From: Dehalococcoidia bacterium
Lineage (GTDB): Bacteria; Chloroflexota; Dehalococcoidia; DSTF01; JACRBR01
Length of the DNA stretch: 64,000 bases
Direction of reading: 5' to 3'
NCBI GenBank assembly: GCA_035632115.1
Contig: DASQHL010000144.1
Span: 1,833 to 65,832, forward strand
In this document: positions 59,083 through 64,000 of the stretch, piece by piece
Numbering within the stretch: position 1 is the stretch's first letter
Layout of the letters: every line of letters starts with the position of its first letter
The notes under the pieces: model-generated
Database searches by the model: none
The model's input: only the letters and a program-made list of their open reading frames with translations
What the model was told of the DNA's origin: nothing
Program-made: the position numbers and the translations under genes

Positions 59083-60375
59083 TCATTCCCAGAACGCCGG
59101 CAGGTACGCCCGGTGCGCCTCCAGCACGTCGTCCAGGAACGCTCCCGCGGCCTTCGCGCTGTGTACGCACGGGTCGATCAGCAGCGCCTCGAGCGCCTTC
59201 GAGCGCGAGCCCGTGACCGCCGCCTCCACCGCCAGCTCCTCGATCGCGATCTCGCGCTGCACCATCGACGCCACCGGCCCGGCCAGGCGACCGACCTCGA
59301 TGCCGCGGAACGTGCCGTCGCTGATCATGCCGGGCACTTCCACGACGGCGTCGCGGGCGACGTTCTCGATGTAGCCGTCGTTCGGGATGATGAACGATGG
59401 CCGCCGCGTGGTGCGCCCGGAGATCAGCGCAGCCATGATCTCCACGCTCGAGTGCCCCAGGCGCGCCTCTCGCGACGGCCGGGCCAGCAGCGATGCGACG
59501 GACTTCGTGCCGGCGGCCCAGGCGTCGTGGTTCCGGTGCGCGAGCCCACGGTTGCGCGCGTACGCGGCGAAGTCGTAGCCCTCCGTGCCCAGCAGCTCCG
59601 CCGCCCAGCCGATGTACTCGCCGACGTGATTGTCGCCGGTGGTGGGGAACACGCCGAACGTGTCGTAGAGCATCGTGCAAAGGCGCCACTTCTCCGGCGG
59701 GTCGTCGCCCAGCCGCTCGCGCAGCGTCGGCAGCAGGTCGCGGCCCGACGGCCGCTCGGTGAGCGACGTGGTCCACGTGAAGTGGTTGGTACCCGCCGCC
59801 CGCAGATCGATGTCGTCGCGCGGCATCTCCAGCACCTGCGCTACCCACTCCACCGTCTCGGCGACGCCGTGGCAGAGTCCGATGCTGCGCACGTTCGTAT
59901 AGCGGTGGACCGCCAGGCACACCCGGTTCTCCGGGTTGGTGTAGTTCAGCAGGAGCGCGTCCGGCGCCAGCCGGTCGATGTCGCGCGCGATCTCCAGGAC
60001 CGGCGGGATCGACCGCAGCGTGTGGGACAGCCCGCCGGGGCCGCCGTTTTCGCTCAGCACGCTGGGGAAGCCGTGCATCAACGCCAGCCGGTGGTCCGTC
60101 TCCCACGTCCGGTCGCGGTCGCGCGCGATCGATGTCACGACGAAGTCCGCGCCCGGCAAGGCCTCGACCCGCTCGGTCGTCGTGCGCAGCGTCACGTCCC
60201 AGCCCGACGCGCCGTTCAGCGCCGCCGCCAGGCCGCCCATGCGGCGCAGCGCGTCCGGGTCGAGGTCGACCAGCCACAGCTCGGCGCCGCGCAACTCCGG
60301 CGTCTGGTACACGTCGCGCAGCAGCTCCACCCCGAACACCAGGCTCCCCACCCCGATCGCCACGATCTTCGTCAT
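59083..60375 (-). CDS. Glycoside hydrolase family 4 (NAD+/Mn2+-dependent alpha-glucosidase/galactosidase type)
   Basis: MTKIVAIGVGSLVFG Rossmann start and the GH4 CHGV/GDNH motifs (GLCHGV..., TGDNHVGE). Confidence 0.85.
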   Translation of the reverse strand: MTKIVAIGVGSLVFGVELLRDVYQTPELRGAELWLVDLDPDALRRMGGLAAALNGASGWDVTLRTTTERVEALPGADFVVTSIARDRDRTWETDHRLALMHGFPSVLSENGGPGGLSHTLRSIPPVLEIARDIDRLAPDALLLNYTNPENRVCLAVHRYTNVRSIGLCHGVAETVEWVAQVLEMPRDDIDLRAAGTNHFTWTTSLTERPSGRDLLPTLRERLGDDPPEKWRLCTMLYDTFGVFPTTGDNHVGEYIGWAAELLGTEGYDFAAYARNRGLAHRNHDAWAAGTKSVASLLARPSREARLGHSSVEIMAALISGRTTRRPSFIIPNDGYIENVARDAVVEVPGMISDGTFRGIEVGRLAGPVASMVQREIAIEELAVEAAVTGSRSKALEALLIDPCVHSAKAAGAFLDDVLEAHRAYLPAFWE

Positions 60376-60765
60376 CTCGCAACCGCCTCCCGTCCTGCCA
60401 GTGCCCCGGCAGGTCGCGCCCGCACGTCATGGCGCCAGCGTAGGACGGCGCGCCGCTGCATGCCAGCCGATTGACAGCGCCGGCCGCCGCCCGATACGCT
60501 CGTGCCAACGACCAACCGGCAGGGAAGGAGGGTGACCGATGAATGAAAGTGCCGCTCGCACCGCATCCGCGCGCACCCCGGAGGGTTCCGCCTGATCCGA
60601 CATCGGCTCCAGATGTCCGACTGACCGGCAGGCCGCCCACGGGCGGCTTTCTTGTTGCGAAGCCGCGTGCGCATCCGGCGCCGCGGCTTCGTCGTTCCCG
60701 ACAGCCCGCAGCCCTGACTGATACACGACATAAGGAGGTGCAGGATATGACCACGACTAGTGTGA

Positions 60766-61584
60766 GTGCCGTCGCGAGCCTTGAATCGAGAACGTTTCAC
60801 CGACGCAGCGGCCCGCGCGCCGCGCGTGGAGGTCAGCTTGGGAAAGAATCGGGACAACGAGCAGCTCGAGGCGCTCGAGCCGTTCATCGACCAGGGGATC
60901 ATCGCCGAGGTGCTCGGCGTGGTGAAGAGCGGGAAGGAGGCAACCGTCTACTGCTGCGAGGGCGGCCCGGCGAGCGGCCGGGAGCTCGTCGCCGCAAAGG
61001 TCTATCGCTCGCGGAACGTGCGGCAGTTCGCGAACGACGCCGCCTACATGGAGGGCCGCCTCCGGCGGAAGACCGGCAGCGAAGCGCGCGCCATCATCGC
61101 CGGCAACCGCGCCGGCCGTGCCATGGCGTTCGACAAGTGGGTGCGTGACGAGCACGAGACGCTGTCGGTGCTGCACCGCGCCGGCGCCGACGTGCCGCAA
61201 CCGGTCGCAATCTCCGGCAGCGTGATCCTGATGGAGTACGTGGGTGACGCCGATGCGCCGGCGCCCATGCTCAGCGCCGTGCGGCTCGATCCCTCCGACG
61301 CGCGCCGCGTCTTCGCACGCCTGATCTGGAACGTCGAGATGGCGCTCGCCTGCGACCGCGTGCATGGCGACCTCTCCGCCTTCAACGTGCTGTACCACGC
61401 CGGCGAGATCCGCATCATCGACTTCCCGCAGGCAGTCGATCCGCGCTTCAACTCCAGCGCCCTGACGCTGCTCGAGCGCGACATCGAGCGCCTGTGCGCG
61501 CACTTCGCCCGCTTCGGCGTGGACGCCGATGCTCGCCGCATCTCGCGCGAGCTGTGGGGACGGTTCCTGCGCTCCGAGCTGTGA
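60766..61584 (+). CDS. RIO-type atypical serine protein kinase
   Basis: GKEATVY...KVYR nucleotide-binding lysine. HGDLSAFNVL catalytic loop. IDFPQAV metal-binding loop. GTG start. Confidence 0.75.
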   Translation: MPSRALNRERFTDAAARAPRVEVSLGKNRDNEQLEALEPFIDQGIIAEVLGVVKSGKEATVYCCEGGPASGRELVAAKVYRSRNVRQFANDAAYMEGRLRRKTGSEARAIIAGNRAGRAMAFDKWVRDEHETLSVLHRAGADVPQPVAISGSVILMEYVGDADAPAPMLSAVRLDPSDARRVFARLIWNVEMALACDRVHGDLSAFNVLYHAGEIRIIDFPQAVDPRFNSSALTLLERDIERLCAHFARFGVDADARRISRELWGRFLRSEL

Positions 61585-61846
61585 GGCGGGTGCGACTGCG
61601 CCGCGCGTCGTGGAAGGACAACGGCCCCGCACATCGCGGGGCCGTTGTCACAGGCAGAGGAAGGAGGTAGCCGGATGACCGTTCCTGCTCAACGGTCCGC
61701 CGTATCTTAGGCATCGGCAGCGGCGCCGGGATCTGTTGCGCGCGAGGCTCCGGCGCCATGTCTTCGCCGGTTTCTCCCGCCGAGCGACAGGTCGGTATGC
61801 CGGTCCCCCTGCTGCCGCTCGCCGCGCCGCGCCGTATACTCTCCCC

Positions 61847-62125
61847 GTGAAACGCGACCTCCGCCGCCGCATCATGAAGCTGCCGGTCCGGGCGAAACTG
61901 CGCCTTGCCTGGCGCCTCTTCCGCGACCCCAAGACTCCCGGCGTGGTCAAAGGCGTGATGCCTGTCGTGCTCGTCTACCTCGCCAGCCCCATCGATCTCA
62001 TCCCCGACTTCATCCCGGTCCTCGGCCAGCTCGATGACTTGCTCGTGCTGGCCGGGGGCCTCGGTCTCGTGCTCTGGCTCACGCCCGTCCAGGTCATCGA
62101 AGACCACCTCAGCGAGCTGGAATGA
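61847..62125 (+). CDS. DUF1232/YkvA-like membrane protein
   Basis: LASPIDLIPDFIPVLGQLDDLLV signature. Start ambiguous (GTG 61847 or ATG 61874). Confidence 0.55.
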   Translation: MKRDLRRRIMKLPVRAKLRLAWRLFRDPKTPGVVKGVMPVVLVYLASPIDLIPDFIPVLGQLDDLLVLAGGLGLVLWLTPVQVIEDHLSELE

Positions 62126-63432
62126 GCGCGCTGCTCGCCGGCGCCGTCTCCGTCCCCATCACGCCGCGGGCGGAGGATCTGCGCCAGGGCGTCTACCTCG
62201 GCGGCTTTGGCAGCTACCGGCAACGGCGGGCCAGCGGCGTCCATGACGACGTCCACTGCCGCGCGCTCGCCCTCAGCGACGGATCGACGGCATGCGTGCT
62301 GGCCGTGCTCGATCTCGTCGGCGCGTCGGGCCCGCTGCTCGCGGCGATCCGTGCCGATGCCGCACGCCTGACGCAGCTCCCGCCGGAGTCGATCCTCCTC
62401 GCCTGCACGCACAGCCACGCCAGTCCGGACACGCAGGGCCTCTGGGGCGGCACACCGGCGGCGTACGAGACGCACGTGGCGCACCGCGCAGCGTCCGCGA
62501 TCTGGCAGGCGCACAGCGCGCTCGCGCCGGCGGCCATCGTCGCCGCGACCACGTCCCTTGGCGGCGTCGCCCGCAACCGCCGCGGCTGGCCGCAGACCGA
62601 CGAGACGCTGACGACGCTGCGCCTCACATCGAACCAGGGCGCGCCGGTCGCCACGCTGCTCAACTACGCCTGCCATCCGACCGCCGCCGGCGCCGCGAAC
62701 ACGGAGGTGTCCCGCGACTGGTGCGGCGTCACCGTGGACGCCGTCGAGCGCGAGCTGGGCGGCGTGGCGCTGTACGTCAACGGCGCCATCGGCGACGTGA
62801 ACCCGGCGCAGGACGGCGGCTTCGATGGCGCGCGCTCGCTCGGCGAGGCCGTGGCTGCCGCGGCGATTGCGTCGCTTGCGGCGGCGGACGCCGTGAGCGG
62901 CTTCCTCCGCGTGCGGACCGAGCCGCTCGAGATCCCGCTGAACTTCGAACGCCTCTCGACGCGGGTGCAGGACGCCGTGGGCCGCGCCGGCCCGGCCCTC
63001 TCCGTGCTGAGCAAGACCGGCGGACTGCGCGCGTCGTCGCTCGCCCTGTACGCTGCCGGGCGCGGCGACCTCGCGCAGATCGTCGCGGCGCTCGCCGGCA
63101 TCTCCGAGCGGCGCCTCGTGCACCGTGACGGTGGCACGTTCTTGCCGACGCACTGCGGCTACCTGGCGATCGGCGGCGGTCTCGAGGCGCTGGCCGCCCC
63201 CGGAGAGGTGCTCACGCGGCTGGCGCTGCCGCTCCGCGCGTCGATGACCGCGCCGCACCGCCTCTTCCTCGGGCTCACGCACGACACGATCGGCTACTTC
63301 GTCCCGGAGGACGAGTGGATGACCGGCCGCAACAGCAACTACGAGGAGTCGGTGTCCATGGGCAGGCGCGCCGGCCCCACCCTCGCCCAGGCCCTGCTCC
63401 GCCTGATGCCGCACCGCCAGGAGGCGCCATGA
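62122..63432 (+). CDS. Neutral/alkaline ceramidase-like hydrolase (uncharacterized)
   Basis: Shows the N-terminal pattern of PF04734-like proteins (GGFGSY...HDDVHCRALAL...LACTHSHASPD). Confidence 0.5.
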   Translation: MSALLAGAVSVPITPRAEDLRQGVYLGGFGSYRQRRASGVHDDVHCRALALSDGSTACVLAVLDLVGASGPLLAAIRADAARLTQLPPESILLACTHSHASPDTQGLWGGTPAAYETHVAHRAASAIWQAHSALAPAAIVAATTSLGGVARNRRGWPQTDETLTTLRLTSNQGAPVATLLNYACHPTAAGAANTEVSRDWCGVTVDAVERELGGVALYVNGAIGDVNPAQDGGFDGARSLGEAVAAAAIASLAAADAVSGFLRVRTEPLEIPLNFERLSTRVQDAVGRAGPALSVLSKTGGLRASSLALYAAGRGDLAQIVAALAGISERRLVHRDGGTFLPTHCGYLAIGGGLEALAAPGEVLTRLALPLRASMTAPHRLFLGLTHDTIGYFVPEDEWMTGRNSNYEESVSMGRRAGPTLAQALLRLMPHRQEAP

Positions 63433-64000
63433 GACTGCCGCTCGTCACGTCGCACGCCGCCTGCAAGGGCCACACGCCGGAGAACACGCTCGCCGGCATC
63501 GAGCGCGCACTCGCGCTTGGCGCCGATGCCATCGAGATCGACGTGCACTGCACCGCGGACGGCGTGCCGGTGCTCATGCACGACGACACCGTCGACCGCA
63601 CGACCGACGGCACGGGCAACATCCACGAGATGCAGTTCGAGGCCGTGCGCGCGCTCGACGCCGGAGCGCGCCAGTTCGTCCCGCGCTTCCAGGGCGAGCG
63701 CGTCCCGTCGCTGACCGAGGTGCTGGAGCTGACCCGCGGCCGCGCGCTCCTGCAGATCGAGATCAAGCAGCCGGACATCGAGGAGCAGGTCGCCGCGGCG
63801 GTGCGCGAAGCCGGAGCGATCGCGTCCTGCGAGACGCACTCGTTCTGGCCGAAGGTCGTGCGCCGCATGCGCGAGGTGGAACCGCGCATGGCGGCGGCGC
63901 TCCTGACCGACGGCAGCCGCGTCGTCGACTGGGACGACTTCTACGGCTTTGCGCTCTCGCTCAACGCCCAGGGCGTCAGCGTGCACCACGCCGCGGCCAC
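63429..64000 (+). CDS. Glycerophosphodiester phosphodiesterase family protein (3' end beyond the window)
   Basis: HAACKGHTPENTLAGIERALALGADAIEIDVHCTADGVPVLMHDDTVDRTT GDPD motifs. Confidence 0.7.
   Translation, partial: MRLPLVTSHAACKGHTPENTLAGIERALALGADAIEIDVHCTADGVPVLMHDDTVDRTTDGTGNIHEMQFEAVRALDAGARQFVPRFQGERVPSLTEVLELTRGRALLQIEIKQPDIEEQVAAAVREAGAIASCETHSFWPKVVRRMREVEPRMAAALLTDGSRVVDWDDFYGFALSLNAQGVSVHHAAA

Noticed and set aside
59054-60754. 566-aa minus-strand ORF overlapping the GH4 gene in another frame
   Set aside because: Alternative frame of a clear GH4 glycosidase. Arg/Gly-rich.

Overview
This is a 64-kb stretch of a roughly 70% GC bacterial chromosome, densely packed with coding sequence, many translationally coupled starts, and Arg/Ala-rich spurious antisense ORFs. 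The gene content and an 11-gene nuoABCDHIJKLMN complex I operon that lacks nuoE/F/G suggest a monoderm-like lineage. It could be Chloroflexota/Thermomicrobia-like, but that placement is low confidence.

Core content, by position:
- 2–8 kb: rsmI, metG, tatD and a polyprenyl synthase in an overlapping operon.
- 8–9 kb: an ArsR + SRPBCC pair.
- 15.9–18.1 kb: an OtsA–OtsB fusion (trehalose-6-phosphate synthase/phosphatase).
- 18.1–20.9 kb: a large membrane PAS–GGDEF–GAF–HD-GYP c-di-GMP protein.
- 26.5–31.7 kb: a minus-strand cluster resembling phosphatidylinositol-mannoside (PIM) biosynthesis, containing an unusual HTH(XRE)–myo-inositol-1-phosphate synthase fusion, two LpxL/PatA-family acyltransferases, a PHP phosphoesterase and a GT4 PimA-like glycosyltransferase.
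- 33.7–35.3 kb: two SDR oxidoreductases.
- 35.5–36.4 kb: an LPXTG-anchored secreted protein.
- 36.9–41.2 kb: a cobO-cobT-cobS-cobU-rhomboid operon preceded by a cobalamin riboswitch.
- 41.6–43.9 kb: two YciI/DGPF-like proteins followed by an ECF sigma factor.
- 43.9–54.1 kb: the 11-gene complex I operon.
- 55.4–64 kb: glutamine synthetase, a GMC oxidoreductase, a GH4 glycosidase, a bacterial RIO-type kinase and a GDPD phosphodiesterase.
- RNA genes: tRNA-Gly(GCC) and tRNA-Pro(GGG).

The most interesting feature is a 2.1-kb lower-GC islet at 13.26–15.42 kb. It is bounded by 59-bp direct repeats consisting of the 5' half of tRNA-Pro plus its upstream flank, which is att-like, with the intact tRNA on the right. 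The islet carries a translationally coupled HNH endonuclease gene and a DGQHR (DndB/ParB-like) gene, with no integrase and no dnd/dpd partners. This is a candidate undescribed two-gene defense module.

A second lower-GC insertion at 54.4–55.3 kb carries two small ORFs, one with two C-terminal TM helices, and replaces the 3' part of a GNAT gene.

Several genes carry single-nucleotide frameshifts, at least two within C4/G4 homopolymers (near 560 and 14405) and others near 21087 and 43640, possibly also 1570. This pattern suggests assembly indel errors rather than true pseudogenes.
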